IMG/VR virus record: IMGVR_UViG_3300028490_000001 | Span: 14,677 to 78,676 of that record | Strand: one strand, 5' to 3' | Origin: a virus | Lineage: Duplodnaviria > Heunggongvirae > Uroviricota > Caudoviricetes > Schitoviridae | DNA length: 64,000 nt | Shown here: one piece after another, positions 30,363 to 40,946 of the stretch | Position numbering within the stretch: position 1 is the stretch's first letter | How the letters are laid out: each line of letters begins with the position of its first letter | Position numbers and translations under genes: made by a program | Notes under the pieces: model-generated | Seen by the model: the letters and a program-made list of their open reading frames with translations, nothing else | Told to the model about the DNA's origin: nothing | Database searches by the model: none

Positions 30363-31964
30363 CTATACTATATAAGAACCAATACTCAAACTTTCTTCTT
30401 CAGACTCCGTGTAGAACGGGTCTTCATATATGCTGGTAACTGAGTCACTCATGGCAGTATTCGGCTTCCATGGCTTCATTTCTGCAAGCATTGATACGGT
30501 ATCGACTGCATCATCATGTCTTGACTTGAATCCTGACACAGTTGCCCTCTCTAGCTCATTCTTCATTTCTGTCATAAGTGGCGTTCCTAGCATGCTCTTG
30601 CTGAACCACATCTTACCTTTTCTGAACAATGGCACAACATTGTGAAATCTCTTTAGCTTATCAGATGTTGGTCTGACCTCGACTATAGTGAAGTACACAT
30701 TTCTTCTATGCATTTCTTTCCTTATCCAGGTAACGAACGCTCCCTGCTGCCCAGTGACTTCCACTCCAACAGATTTGACGGCATACCTGACTACCATATC
30801 AAATAATATATCTATATTTTTGTCCATCAGGTTTCTGCCACACTCTCCATCCACTAGCATCCAGTCCTCATTGCTATTATATGCCCACACGGACATAACA
30901 GAATAATCGGCTCTTTGCTTCTCTGATGTTGCAAAGTCTGTAGTTATGTAGAAATTGTAGTTATTCGGTCTCGATATCACGTCATCACCCTCGAACCACA
31001 GCATGTCCTGGTCCCTGACTAGTCTATCTTCGTCAGATGTAATTCTAAGCATAAGCTCCTGCATGAATGAGTCTAGCTTACCTGCCTTCTTCGACTTGTC
31101 ATACTGTCTCTTTACATACGCGAAGTCATGTCTGTCTGGCCATGCTCCCCTGAACGTCTCTTCAGTAGTGTTGTCATCAAAATGCTCACACACAGGATAC
31201 ACTGATACTGCCCAGGCGCCTGATTCTATCGCCTTATATAGCGGGTCATTCTGATTAAACGGAGTACCGTTCCAGATTGTCTTTGATTTTTTAGGATGTA
31301 GTGCGTAATCTATCGCCTTGTAAACGGTATCCTCGATACTAGCAATAATTGTAGCCGAGCGCGCATCTTCATCTGACATGAGGTCATCGAGGAGAGCGAG
31401 GTCAACTCTTTTTCCCATTTCTTTAGCTCCACGTACACCTGTTTTGGCTCCATACCCTTTAACAATGAGCTTTTTTCCCGCAATATTCGTAAATTCATAT
31501 CTGACATCTGTAAACCTTGTGTGTGGAACGTATTTTTGTAGGAATTCAGAGTTCTCCCAGCGATATTCCAGGTTTTTTCTCATGTTTTTTACACCATTCT
31601 CTATTGAATCGGAAACATATATTGCTATATCTACCTTTCCAAATCCTGGAATCTCTCCATATACTGCGATATATAGGAATAAATACTCTCCCATTAGTGT
31701 AGTCTTGGCAGAACCACGGTATAGCATGTTTACTACAGACATATTGGGTCCCGCTATTGCGTCAAGCATCTTATAGTGAAGCACTGGAGTCTTATTTTCC
31801 TCTCCATCTGTTCCATTAACAAGCTTAATGAAGTTTACAAATTCTAATGCGAATACTGAGGGGATATAGTTTGGGTCGTTTTCATAGGCTACTCTGTCCA
31901 ACCATTCGTCAACTGTGAGCTCTTGCTCTACAGCATGTAATTGTTGGGCTGTTACTGCACTCAT
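30363..31964 (-). CDS. terL: Terminase large subunit
   Basis: Walker A 'LYRGSAKTTLMG', Walker B-like 'VDLALLDDL', and C-terminal nuclease-like 'ITTDFATS...DYSV' and 'VDGECGR' motifs. 533 aa. Confidence 0.8.
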   Translation of the reverse strand: MSAVTAQQLHAVEQELTVDEWLDRVAYENDPNYIPSVFALEFVNFIKLVNGTDGEENKTPVLHYKMLDAIAGPNMSVVNMLYRGSAKTTLMGEYLFLYIAVYGEIPGFGKVDIAIYVSDSIENGVKNMRKNLEYRWENSEFLQKYVPHTRFTDVRYEFTNIAGKKLIVKGYGAKTGVRGAKEMGKRVDLALLDDLMSDEDARSATIIASIEDTVYKAIDYALHPKKSKTIWNGTPFNQNDPLYKAIESGAWAVSVYPVCEHFDDNTTEETFRGAWPDRHDFAYVKRQYDKSKKAGKLDSFMQELMLRITSDEDRLVRDQDMLWFEGDDVISRPNNYNFYITTDFATSEKQRADYSVMSVWAYNSNEDWMLVDGECGRNLMDKNIDILFDMVVRYAVKSVGVEVTGQQGAFVTWIRKEMHRRNVYFTIVEVRPTSDKLKRFHNVVPLFRKGKMWFSKSMLGTPLMTEMKNELERATVSGFKSRHDDAVDTVSMLAEMKPWKPNTAMSDSVTSIYEDPFYTESEEESLSIGSYIV

Positions 31965-32059
31965 AAATACACCTTTGTTTTGTTATTTTATCAAAGTATA
32001 TCATATTTATTTTAGGTGGGTGTTTGGTTGTGGAGATTACAAAGAAGGATTGGGTATAG

Positions 32060-32090
32060 CTAAGAACCAACCAAACAAATTCTTAGCTAG
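32060..32090 (-). terminator. 9-bp stem hairpin (AGCTAAGAA...TTCTTAGCT) between the putative terS and terL genes
   Basis: Inverted repeat seen in the sequence. Confidence 0.25.
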
Positions 32091-32119
32091 GAGTGAAGTA
32101 TAGTATATTTTACCTTGTT

Positions 32120-32839
32120 TTACTCCTCTTCTACGATAACAGCCTCTTCAAATAATATTTTTGATTCTGCTATTTCAATACTTGTGTTGGTTCCAGCTTC
32201 TATACCTATTTGTTGCTGTCTGGCTAGTCTTTGCATTTCACTTCTTAACGATGTGATTTCATCAACACCTTTTACTCCTACATCTAGCTCAATCTTCGTT
32301 ATCTCATTAGGTGCAGTATATTTAAGCACGCTTTCTGCTGCAGCAATCCTATCTTGGTCTCTCACTGCATGATACATTCTGTCATACTGTACGTTCAGTG
32401 CATCCTGGAACATTGGCGCATTCAGTATCTTTGACGGCATAAGTGCTTGCTCTGCAAGCTTCTGTACTAGCTCCCCAGTTTTATATGCAGTTACAAATGG
32501 TGATATTTTTTTACCACGAATATCATCCTCTGGTAATCCTTCTGCTAGCCACTTCTCCATTAATCTGCCATATCTATCAGGGAACGTCAGGTGGTAGGCG
32601 TCTATATCTGTGTTGCTTAGCAACTTGTAGGCAACATATTTAACTGCAGACATATAATCCTTTATGCTGTACTGTCCTGTTTTGAGCACTGCACTAAGTG
32701 TTAAGAAATTCTGCTTGTAGTGTTCTGCGAAATCTTCGCCCTCATCCTCTTCAAGCTGATTAAACGAATCCACTATGGACTGAGTTATCAGACTCTGGCT
32801 ATGTCTAGGCGCTATAGCCTTTAGTTCTTCTAGTGTCAT
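32120..32839 (-). CDS. Putative terminase small subunit (239 aa)
   Basis: Placement immediately upstream of terL in the same orientation. No motif-level evidence. Confidence 0.3.
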   Translation of the reverse strand: MTLEELKAIAPRHSQSLITQSIVDSFNQLEEDEGEDFAEHYKQNFLTLSAVLKTGQYSIKDYMSAVKYVAYKLLSNTDIDAYHLTFPDRYGRLMEKWLAEGLPEDDIRGKKISPFVTAYKTGELVQKLAEQALMPSKILNAPMFQDALNVQYDRMYHAVRDQDRIAAAESVLKYTAPNEITKIELDVGVKGVDEITSLRSEMQRLARQQQIGIEAGTNTSIEIAESKILFEEAVIVEEE

Positions 32840-32912
32840 TTCATTATCTCCTTGTATATTCTAATTTGTTTAGCATATTTTCTCTCATCCTCTTCATTCT
32901 GTTCGGCAACTG

Positions 32913-33113
32913 TCATACTATCTCAACCTCAGCATCAAGACTCAACATTCCAACTTTGTGCAGGTTCTTGTAATCCTCTTCAGTCTTAAACGACTGGCAA
33001 TACACAGATGTTCTGTACTCGTCACTCCCTATAAATATAGGCTCTCCTACAATAACTTTACCACCACTCTTAACAACAACTCTCGTTCCTGGTGCACAAT
33101 CTCTAGCTTTCAT
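32913..33113 (-). CDS. Small hypothetical protein (66 aa), first gene of the late module
   Basis: ORF track. Confidence 0.2.
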   Translation of the reverse strand: MKARDCAPGTRVVVKSGGKVIVGEPIFIGSDEYRTSVYCQSFKTEEDYKNLHKVGMLSLDAEVEIV

Positions 33114-33496
33114 ACTATCTCCTTTAGGTTATATTGAGGGTATTGTAGCATATTTTATATATTTTATATTTACAGACTCGTATTTTCTATATAGGGTTTT
33201 TTCATATTTACCTACAAGTACAGTAGGGTTATGGTTTTCACCATCTCGGTTGACTACCCCCCCGGTGTTTAGAGGTTCCTTTTATTCACCTCGCTCTGCC
33301 CACTGTGGCTTACTCACTCATACCTTGGAGGTATCACATGTCACTACTTATCATCGCACTCGTTGCACTCTCTATCTTTATCATCACTGCTCTGTAAGCA
33401 CCCAGCTAGAGCACACATACCTTGTGTGTTTCATGGTGGTTGCTTAACTAACACACCAATGGGCGTAATCCCTAACAACTATAAGAAAGGTCAATC

Positions 33497-34045
33497 ATGA
33501 CAAACAATACTAACAACACTCGTAACAGACAACCAGCTCCTTCGTACTCACTTCAGGGTGATAGCAACTTCGAGACTGCAATTAATACAGCGAACTTTAT
33601 CATAGGTTCGGTAATGACAGGTGTGTGGGGTGCCGGTAGATTAATAACAGTGGGGTGTGAATCAAGTGCAACTCTACTTCCTAAAGATGTAGCTGAAGCA
33701 ATAGTTGAAACTGCTACTGCTCCTGGGATGTTCTCTACATGGGATTCAATTCGTGCTGAGGACTCTACTGATGCAGCTGCTGCAAAACTATCTACCGTGA
33801 AGGATAACCTGCTCGGTGCAAACAATGATAGTATTCAGATATTCACCAGTTACCTAGATAACAAAGCAGTATTTAGAGCTATCATTAAATCTCTATCTTC
33901 TGAAAAGTATCAAGAGGCAACAGCAAAGATTGAGGGACTGTCTGATGACGAGTATGATAACCTCATAGATGCTACCAATACTCAGCTTACTGGTCTATCA
34001 ATCAAAGATACTGCTAAAATCAAAGAGCTTGCTGCTGCTCTTTAG
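33497..34045 (+). CDS. Early hypothetical protein (182 aa, Ala-rich)
   Basis: ORF track; RBS 'AAGAAAGG' upstream. Confidence 0.35.
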   Translation: MTNNTNNTRNRQPAPSYSLQGDSNFETAINTANFIIGSVMTGVWGAGRLITVGCESSATLLPKDVAEAIVETATAPGMFSTWDSIRAEDSTDAAAAKLSTVKDNLLGANNDSIQIFTSYLDNKAVFRAIIKSLSSEKYQEATAKIEGLSDDEYDNLIDATNTQLTGLSIKDTAKIKELAAAL

Positions 34046-34202
34046 AGTACATAGTGCCTTCCTTACCGAGGGTACTGTTGTGTTCTACATTGCTCATTTG
34101 TAATGTCACTCGCTAGACCATTCATTGTGGTGTATTAAGAATTGAACACAAGTATGATTAGGAGAATCCTAAAGGGGACAAGCATTCGAAGCATGACTTA
34201 CT

Positions 34203-34577
34203 TTGGAGAATCAGAAAGAGGACCACCGAGCGATTAGCGAGGTGCTATACAAACTAACTAGCTTTAAGGAGCATAACATGAGACAAGAACAGATAAACCT
34301 TATACACACAATATCAGAGGGAATGATAGTATCAAAGGACGGGAATATTAAACCATTCGATGCAGACTCTTTTCATGATATATGGGACCTATCCAGATTT
34401 ATAAAAGAAGTTGCAGACTCACACGGGGTGAACAGAGAAGATATGCTAGAAGTATGTATCTTTCTAAAATCTAATCCTAACTCCCAATGGGGTGTCGTAC
34501 CTTTAACTCAACCTAAAGAATCAATTACTTCAGACAATAAGAATGTAGGTCATTATGAACTGAAGGAGACAGTATGA
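34203..34577 (+). CDS. Early hypothetical protein (124 aa)
   Basis: ORF track; start/stop overlap (ATGA) with the next ORF. Confidence 0.35.
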   Translation: MENQKEDHRAISEVLYKLTSFKEHNMRQEQINLIHTISEGMIVSKDGNIKPFDADSFHDIWDLSRFIKEVADSHGVNREDMLEVCIFLKSNPNSQWGVVPLTQPKESITSDNKNVGHYELKETV

Positions 34578-34792
34578 CTGTAGCAGAGCTAAGACTATTA
34601 CTGGATACAGTAGAGGATGACACAATAGAGGTAGTGTTTAGAGTAGGTGAGAACCATGGTGCTAATATAGTATCTAGGGTTTCACACTGGGGTGCAATAG
34701 AGAACCCTAATCATACAAATCATACACATGCTGCAGATTTAATTCTGCCAGATAATGGCTATGAGGGCACTGATGTCCTTGTACTAAGCTAG
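34574..34792 (+). CDS. Early hypothetical protein (72 aa)
   Basis: ORF track; translationally coupled. Confidence 0.3.
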   Translation: MTVAELRLLLDTVEDDTIEVVFRVGENHGANIVSRVSHWGAIENPNHTNHTHAADLILPDNGYEGTDVLVLS

Positions 34793-34800
34793 GAGATAAT

Positions 34801-35031
34801 ATGAAAATAGATAATATAAAAGTAACAAGCACACCACAATACAAACATTCTACTATACATGTCCACATATTCACAGATAAGGGAGAAATCCACTATCGGG
34901 GCACATTGTCAAATAGAATGCTACATGTTACTTTCGCTAGGGGCGATGTAACACCAACAATAGAAGAGGGTGACATGATTCAATCTGTGATTCGTGATTA
35001 CTTTAATAACAAAACAAAGGATAGTAAATGA
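34801..35031 (+). CDS. Early hypothetical protein (76 aa)
   Basis: ORF track. Confidence 0.3.
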   Translation: MKIDNIKVTSTPQYKHSTIHVHIFTDKGEIHYRGTLSNRMLHVTFARGDVTPTIEEGDMIQSVIRDYFNNKTKDSK

Positions 35032-35267
35032 AAAAGATATTGCTAATAGCTATGCTATTAACACTAGTCAATGCAGATAGCTGTGATGACGACATAAGAG
35101 AGGCGACTAGATTTATAGTCAAAGCTGACAATGTAAAGTCTAAGGAGCAGTATGTGGCATATATCAATGCCGCTATATCTAACTTGGTCAGTGCAAAATA
35201 CGATTGCCCAAAGGGGCATAAAGAAGCTATTCAACAATCAATAGAAGACACGAAGGAGTTACTATGA
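35028..35267 (+). CDS. Small secreted protein (79 aa) with an N-terminal signal peptide
   Basis: 'MKKILLIAMLLTLVNA' signal-like N-terminus. Confidence 0.35.
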   Translation: MKKILLIAMLLTLVNADSCDDDIREATRFIVKADNVKSKEQYVAYINAAISNLVSAKYDCPKGHKEAIQQSIEDTKELL

Positions 35268-35446
35268 GAAAAGAACCACTTACCCTACTACAGGCAGTCA
35301 TGCTGAAGAGGGTTGAGCCTAAGAAGAAGAGAACACTGATTGGTAAATTAGGGCTAGTAGCAATGATACTGGCATTTATACCTATATTACTTATACTGTC
35401 TCCATTAATGTTATGGGGATATTTCAAACTAGGAGAAAAAAAATGA
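35264..35446 (+). CDS. Small membrane protein (60 aa)
   Basis: One hydrophobic helix; overlapping start/stop chain. Confidence 0.3.
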   Translation: MRKEPLTLLQAVMLKRVEPKKKRTLIGKLGLVAMILAFIPILLILSPLMLWGYFKLGEKK

Positions 35447-35756
35447 AAGTTGCAGAAAACTATACAAAAGAGGAACTAGTAGAGATGTTAGTTCATAACA
35501 ATAATAAGCTCATGGTCATGTTAGATGTTCGCGTTAGGTTTATGCAAAACCCTTCTCTAGGAACTGTTGATGTCTACGATATTAATATCGTAGGTGCATT
35601 GATTTATCGCAATACACTCACATACGACGAATGTATCGAGCAGATAATAGCAAAATAGAACCAACCTCATCCTTCTATCAAGATGTAAAACTGATATTCA
35701 ACACGATGGTCATTCGTCGTATCGTACTTTATACTTATTACAAGGAGTACACTCAA

Positions 35757-37880
35757 ATGAAAACAACTAACTTAAAAACAACAACAACAACAACAGCTAC
35801 TACTACTACTACTACAACAGCAGTTGAAACTGAAACTGATGCTACATATTCTGCACTAAGAGCAGACTGGAGAGACATTCAGGTTACACTTCAAAACGTA
35901 TTTATCCCTAGAGAAGTGGTAACTGCAGATATTGAGGCTGCTAGGTCTCTAATGGCTAAAGACCTTAAAATAGACAAGATGGGGTCTGCTCCATACGTGA
36001 GAGAATCACTAAAGGCCTTCCTAAACAACGATAGTCTCGACCAGAAGTTATGTAACTTCTATAATAATATTAATGGTGAGGTATCTACCTCTGAGTTAGC
36101 AGGTCTATGTAAAAACCTATCTATCTTTAAGGATGTTAGGGAGTACACGTTTAATAGTGTTCCATTCACGGCAGAAGAGTTGACTAGAGGTAGCATATCC
36201 CTAGGATTAACACTTGCTAACTTTCTCGTTTACACTGGTACAGGTCACATGTTTGAGGCTGAGAGAACTAGTATAGACAAAGACGGCAATCCTGAGACTA
36301 GAACATATCTTCATGTTCAGTTCAATGCGAATACTGATGAGCGTTCTAACCTAATGCATGGTATCAATGGGAATCCTGGTGTTATACACCAGAGATTCAT
36401 ATCGTCACCTCCGGGTGGAATGCCTATAAAAGTTAGAGGTAAAATCAAGGAGACCTTGATTAATGCTAGCTCACGTGCACTTCAACTAGTTCCTATGAGT
36501 GACCAATTCTATTACTCTCTCTTAGAGAATAGCAAATGGTACAAGCAGTCACTAGCTAAAAAGATGGAAGTTGGTGCTTCTATTAAACTACGTGTTGATA
36601 AATACATTGATGCTATACGTGAAATTAGAGACATGGACAGAGTTTACTTGTCTATGAAGTTCGACTACAGATACAGATTGTACACTGATATGAAATCGTT
36701 TTTCATTAATCCTCAAGCGAAGGACGGCAAATATCTGTGGCAACTAGCAAACTCTAGAATGCTAGATGATAGAGGTTATGCTCATATGGTGCATAGTGCC
36801 GTAGGTATAGCTCTTAACAAAAGACATAGCCTTGCTAAAGCTATGCAGTATTGGAATAAGCATGAGCTTAGCGTTCGCTCTGCACTATTAAAGATGGGAG
36901 CTAGTATGGACGAACTTGCTGAGTCTGTTTATGCTCGTAGATTATTGGATGCTATTTCTGATTACAGAAATCGCGTTCCAAGCAAGTTCATCTTGCTAAA
37001 AGACTTTACTACTGGTGGACTTATCCACCATTCTATTACATTCCATAATGACATATCTGCTCCAATGTGTAACGTAGCAGGTAGAGCTACTCCTGCTGAT
37101 GCACATGCACTTGTTGCACAGCGTTTTGGTATGGACGGTCTTACTAGAGACCATGCCAAAGAGATTAATATGCAAGTATTACACGGGTCAAGCAATAAGA
37201 CAGCTGCAGATACAATCAATGCGTCTTGTGGAACCTCACTTAGTGCTGGTGGGTTTGGTAAACTCAAGTTGGAGGCATATGGTGCTCCAATTAACAACGT
37301 ATTATCTATCGTTGAATTTGGTAGAAGTATGCATAGCAAATACAATACATCATTATTATTCCGTACTCCGGAAGGGTGGCCTACAATGAGTATTGCATAT
37401 ACACCTAGTGAAGTGTCTAACCCTAGACATGGTGGAACCATGCTAGAGTTCTATATGTTCACTCCCGAAGCTCAAGAGCTAAAGCAGGGGTATAGAAAGA
37501 TACATACTATTACTACAATGCCATTGACTAGCGACAAGAATGGTACTCCTATTCGTGGTGCCAAAGTTAGTGGATTATATGCCAACATAACTCATGTAGT
37601 TGACGGTCATATTCTTCGTAGAATATACGAAGAGAATGCAGTGTCACTATCAATTCATGATAACATCGGAGCTTGTCCTAATGACTTTGATGGTATCGAA
37701 GAGACTGCTGTTAATGTTATGGTCGAGGACTATGATGCTCGCTACTATGAGCGTTGTATCAATGATATTAAGAATAACGCTGCAAAGGATAACTTTGCTT
37801 CTGTGAACTTGCCTGTTCTGTACTACGGTAAGCTAACAAAATCTCAAGTCAAGAAGTCTACAGGCTTCCTCCAAGCCTAG
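35757..37880 (+). CDS. T7-like single-subunit DNA-dependent RNA polymerase (about 707 aa from the RBS-supported ATG at 35757; the ORF track starts at 35631)
   Basis: Motif A 'DFTTGGLIHHS...VAGRATPA' (T7 'DGSCSGIQHFS...VGGRAVNL'), motif B 'RDHAKEINMQVLHGS' (T7 'RSVTKRSVMTLAYGS') and motif C 'SIHDNIGA' (T7 'IHDSFGT'). RBS 'AAGGAG' before 35757. Poly-Thr N-terminal linker. Confidence 0.8.
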   Translation: MKTTNLKTTTTTTATTTTTTTAVETETDATYSALRADWRDIQVTLQNVFIPREVVTADIEAARSLMAKDLKIDKMGSAPYVRESLKAFLNNDSLDQKLCNFYNNINGEVSTSELAGLCKNLSIFKDVREYTFNSVPFTAEELTRGSISLGLTLANFLVYTGTGHMFEAERTSIDKDGNPETRTYLHVQFNANTDERSNLMHGINGNPGVIHQRFISSPPGGMPIKVRGKIKETLINASSRALQLVPMSDQFYYSLLENSKWYKQSLAKKMEVGASIKLRVDKYIDAIREIRDMDRVYLSMKFDYRYRLYTDMKSFFINPQAKDGKYLWQLANSRMLDDRGYAHMVHSAVGIALNKRHSLAKAMQYWNKHELSVRSALLKMGASMDELAESVYARRLLDAISDYRNRVPSKFILLKDFTTGGLIHHSITFHNDISAPMCNVAGRATPADAHALVAQRFGMDGLTRDHAKEINMQVLHGSSNKTAADTINASCGTSLSAGGFGKLKLEAYGAPINNVLSIVEFGRSMHSKYNTSLLFRTPEGWPTMSIAYTPSEVSNPRHGGTMLEFYMFTPEAQELKQGYRKIHTITTMPLTSDKNGTPIRGAKVSGLYANITHVVDGHILRRIYEENAVSLSIHDNIGACPNDFDGIEETAVNVMVEDYDARYYERCINDIKNNAAKDNFASVNLPVLYYGKLTKSQVKKSTGFLQA

Positions 37881-38161
37881 TGCCTTCACCATGTCCCTTT
37901 CGGGGGATATGAGTGAGGGTATTACTCCTACCTGTCGCCACATGCTAGTTCGTGTGGGGCTAAACTGGAACTAATGCTCTCTATTTAACCTAACGGTTCA
38001 TCCGACGGTTTACGCCCGTTGTTTGGTACTAAGGTTCCATCCGTCAAAGTGCCTCAACGGGGCTCGGCTCATGTAGAAAGGTAAGATAATTGCCATTTCC
38101 CAGAAGAAGCGTCATACATTATTGACACAATTCAGGAATCATAAAAAATGAAAGGAAAATC

Positions 38162-38512
38162 ATGAAAAATGGAGCAGCATTAAAGGCAGCTCACCACAAT
38201 CTCAAAGCTAAGTTACGCTTAGTAGACGAGTTTGGCATTACAAAAGACTGGACAACTGAAAACCCAAATTGGGATAAGACAGTTACTGCTCTTGCTGAAG
38301 CCAAAGTGGCGAGAATGTTAGAGTTCAAGGCAGAAGAGCTTGACCTTGCGAAAGCAATGAAGGGTCAAGATAGCTATTTGCGCAATATTGTTAAAGCACT
38401 TAATTATTCTTCAAAAGAAGAAGCAATTGATGCAGAATACGCTGAAGTATTCGCAGACCATGCTAGTGAAGAAGAAATCTACGCAGACATCAAAGATGTT
38501 TGGGCTGAGTAA
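38162..38512 (+). CDS. Acidic early protein (116 aa)
   Basis: ORF track; high D/E content. Confidence 0.35.
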   Translation: MKNGAALKAAHHNLKAKLRLVDEFGITKDWTTENPNWDKTVTALAEAKVARMLEFKAEELDLAKAMKGQDSYLRNIVKALNYSSKEEAIDAEYAEVFADHASEEEIYADIKDVWAE

Positions 38513-38921
38513 TTCTTCATAATCGCCATTCAGAACCACAACACATCCTCCTTGCACGCAAAGTGAAGTAGTGGATGGTATGTGGACTGTATATAGCAAT
38601 TAGTGCACTTATACTCATGTGTGCTAATTGGTGTATATTGATGTAGGTCAAGTTTATAATAGGTTCGTGACATTACCTTTCCCAAGTTCTTGACTTATTC
38701 GGTGTACGCCAACACCCTAAACAATATTATAGGGCGCTTACCCCCTCTTTATTAAGCGTCCTACCGTGTTGTTAGTTACGCGGTTTATTATTTTCTTGTA
38801 TCCGTGATATTATTCGAAGTGATATCATGATATGTATTAATTTGAGTGAGATATCCCATTATCTCATTCATATTAGTTCATTCGAGCTACTCAAAAAAAA
38901 TGACTCAAAAAAGGAAACACA

Positions 38922-39185
38922 ATGTCAGTATTATCAAATATCATCCCAGATGGATTCAAAAAAATAGCAGAAGGAATTTCAGATATCGGTGAATCTCTGA
39001 ACCCTCTTGTATCAGACATGACTGCAGATAACAGAGAGATTGCACTATCTCTTATGGAATTAGGTTATTCAAATCAGCAAATCCAAACATTTGTAGACGT
39101 GTCTAGAAACCAGCTAGATGAATTCCTAGAGCTTGAAAGAGCTGTAGAAAAAAGACTTAGCCAGCAAGAAGAAGCAAAGGACTAG
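38922..39185 (+). CDS. Hypothetical protein (87 aa)
   Basis: ORF track; RBS 'AAGGAAAC'. Confidence 0.3.
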   Translation: MSVLSNIIPDGFKKIAEGISDIGESLNPLVSDMTADNREIALSLMELGYSNQQIQTFVDVSRNQLDEFLELERAVEKRLSQQEEAKD

Positions 39186-39186
39186 C

Positions 39187-39495
39187 ATGATTGGAACCAT
39201 CCCTATGATTTTCATGGGTTTGGCCGTAGCAATCAACTTTATTGTAATCAAGTGGAAGCTTGAGCACGATAGAAATGCAGATGCTATACTTGATGCAGCA
39301 ATATTGTTTATTATTGCCTGGGGCTTTAGCGGCTCAATCAGTGGGCTAATGATAGGTACAATTGCATCTATGTTCGTAAGTATGTACTTAATAGTCTCAC
39401 CTCCTGATGCATTAATTGCCAAATTTGAGAAAAAATCAAAAAGCAGAAGACAGTCCAGGAATAAAAGAAATGTTCAACAACCCAAAGAAAGTTGA
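39187..39495 (+). CDS. Membrane protein (102 aa, 2-3 TM)
   Basis: Hydrophobic helices. Confidence 0.3.
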   Translation: MIGTIPMIFMGLAVAINFIVIKWKLEHDRNADAILDAAILFIIAWGFSGSISGLMIGTIASMFVSMYLIVSPPDALIAKFEKKSKSRRQSRNKRNVQQPKES

Positions 39496-40028
39496 CCAAA
39501 CAGGCACTCTTGTATTTGTTGAAGCAAAAATAAGAAGAGCCGGTCACACATCAATAAAGATAATAGAATTGCTTTCATCAAGAAAGGAAAGATTAGCTAT
39601 TGAAGTACCAATGAATTATGAAACAGAGCATATAAGCAATATGGTAAGTGATTTCAATAAATCACTAAGAAGTTTCACATTTCTAAATCAAACAATACCA
39701 AGATACTAAAACTACAACAACCTAAAAACGCAACATCAGTAAGTGTTGTACTTTACCCTCAAAATACCCTTAAGGAAAAACATGTCATTTTTTAGCAAAA
39801 TAAAAAAGTTCAGAATCAAGAAATATAAAAATACTCATCTTCTTCAGAAGAAGGGTTTATTTTATTGGCACGACTTCACAGATGTACACGAAAACTATAT
39901 ATTTCTAAGCAAGAACTATACAGTCTCAATAAATATGGCTAAACAATACTTAGCATTAAATGAAGGTGTTCCTGAAAACTTTTTAAATAAAGATTGGATA
40001 CTCATAAAGTAATACAAGGGGAACCACC

Positions 40029-40340
40029 ATGAACACTAAACACGTAAGAATTACTCCTGGAGTAGAACTACAAGATAGACTATTTGAACTTTTCGGAAAC
40101 AGAAAGGTTCTGTATGTCATGTGCGAAATGAACCGTATGGATGAGCTGAAAATAAAAGGTCAGATAAAAGAAGCAGCTACTAAACGCTGTAAGCCTATAT
40201 TTTGCGATACAAACGGAAAACAGTATGAAAGTATAAAGCAAGCTAGCATCGAGCTTATATTGGACCCTGGAGCTATCAGTAGGGTACTAAGCGGAAAACA
40301 ATCCACAACAAAAGGTTATACCTTTTCACATAAAATATAA
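40029..40340 (+). CDS. Small DNA-binding protein with a homing-endonuclease-associated (NUMOD/IENR-type) HTH domain
   Basis: 'KPIFCDTNGKQYESIKQASIELILDPGAISRVLSGKQSTTKGYTF' matches the '...V.D.NG..F.SI.EAA..L......I...L.GK..T..GY.F' DNA-binding module of GIY-YIG/HNH homing endonucleases. No nuclease domain is present. Confidence 0.45.
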   Translation: MNTKHVRITPGVELQDRLFELFGNRKVLYVMCEMNRMDELKIKGQIKEAATKRCKPIFCDTNGKQYESIKQASIELILDPGAISRVLSGKQSTTKGYTFSHKI

Positions 40341-40544
40341 GGAATACAAAATGGCATTAAAATATTTTCCACCATTTATTAACCTAAGAAAAAAAAAGAA
40401 ACCTGAACCTTTAGCAGTAATAACACTTATGGCAAAAAGTTTTAGACTCTCAAGCACCAACGAGAATCTAATTAAAACAATTTCTCAAGAACCATCACCT
40501 AACTTTATCTATAAGATAACGATAGAAACTATAAAGGAAGACAA

Positions 40545-40946
40545 ATGACAGAATCAGCATTGCTATTATTGATAGTGTTCCAATTTAAACACCTCATCGC
40601 AGATTATTATTTACAGTTTCCATATATGTATGAAAATAAAGGTAATGAACACCATTGGATGGAACCACTAATTCATCATTCACTTGTTCATGGTGTATTC
40701 ACATTGTTTATCTCTGCATCCTTTCTTGCATATACAGGAGCAGAAGAAACATCGTTCAATAAATCACTATTCCTCGGAGTAGTACTGTTTGATATGATTA
40801 CTCATTTTATTACGGATAGATGGAAAGCAACCAGAGGTAGAGGTCCGAACGAATCAAAGTTTTGGACAGACTTAGGTATAGACCAAATGATACATCATAT
40901 TGTTGGAATCATTATTGTGTATATATTAGTAAGCCAAGCACAATGA
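40545..40946 (+). CDS. Membrane protein (133 aa)
   Basis: Several hydrophobic helices. Confidence 0.3.
   Translation: MTESALLLLIVFQFKHLIADYYLQFPYMYENKGNEHHWMEPLIHHSLVHGVFTLFISASFLAYTGAEETSFNKSLFLGVVLFDMITHFITDRWKATRGRGPNESKFWTDLGIDQMIHHIVGIIIVYILVSQAQ

Noticed and set aside
732-31776. Numerous plus-strand ORFs of 60-240 aa (e.g. 732-1085, 2631-3347, 4008-4574, 6702-7226, 10728-11306, 21537-22001, 22661-23062, 26815-27273, 31378-31776) inside the minus-strand late module
   Set aside because: They lie antisense to long, well-supported structural genes, have low-complexity Ser/Leu/Phe-rich translations typical of shadow ORFs in AT-rich DNA, and lack RBSs. Treated as spurious.
37862-37911. Rho-independent terminator after the RNAP gene (AGGCTT-cctcc-AAGCCT and CCC-tttc-GGG hairpins)
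   Set aside because: The stems are short and no U-tract follows. Too weak to call as a feature.
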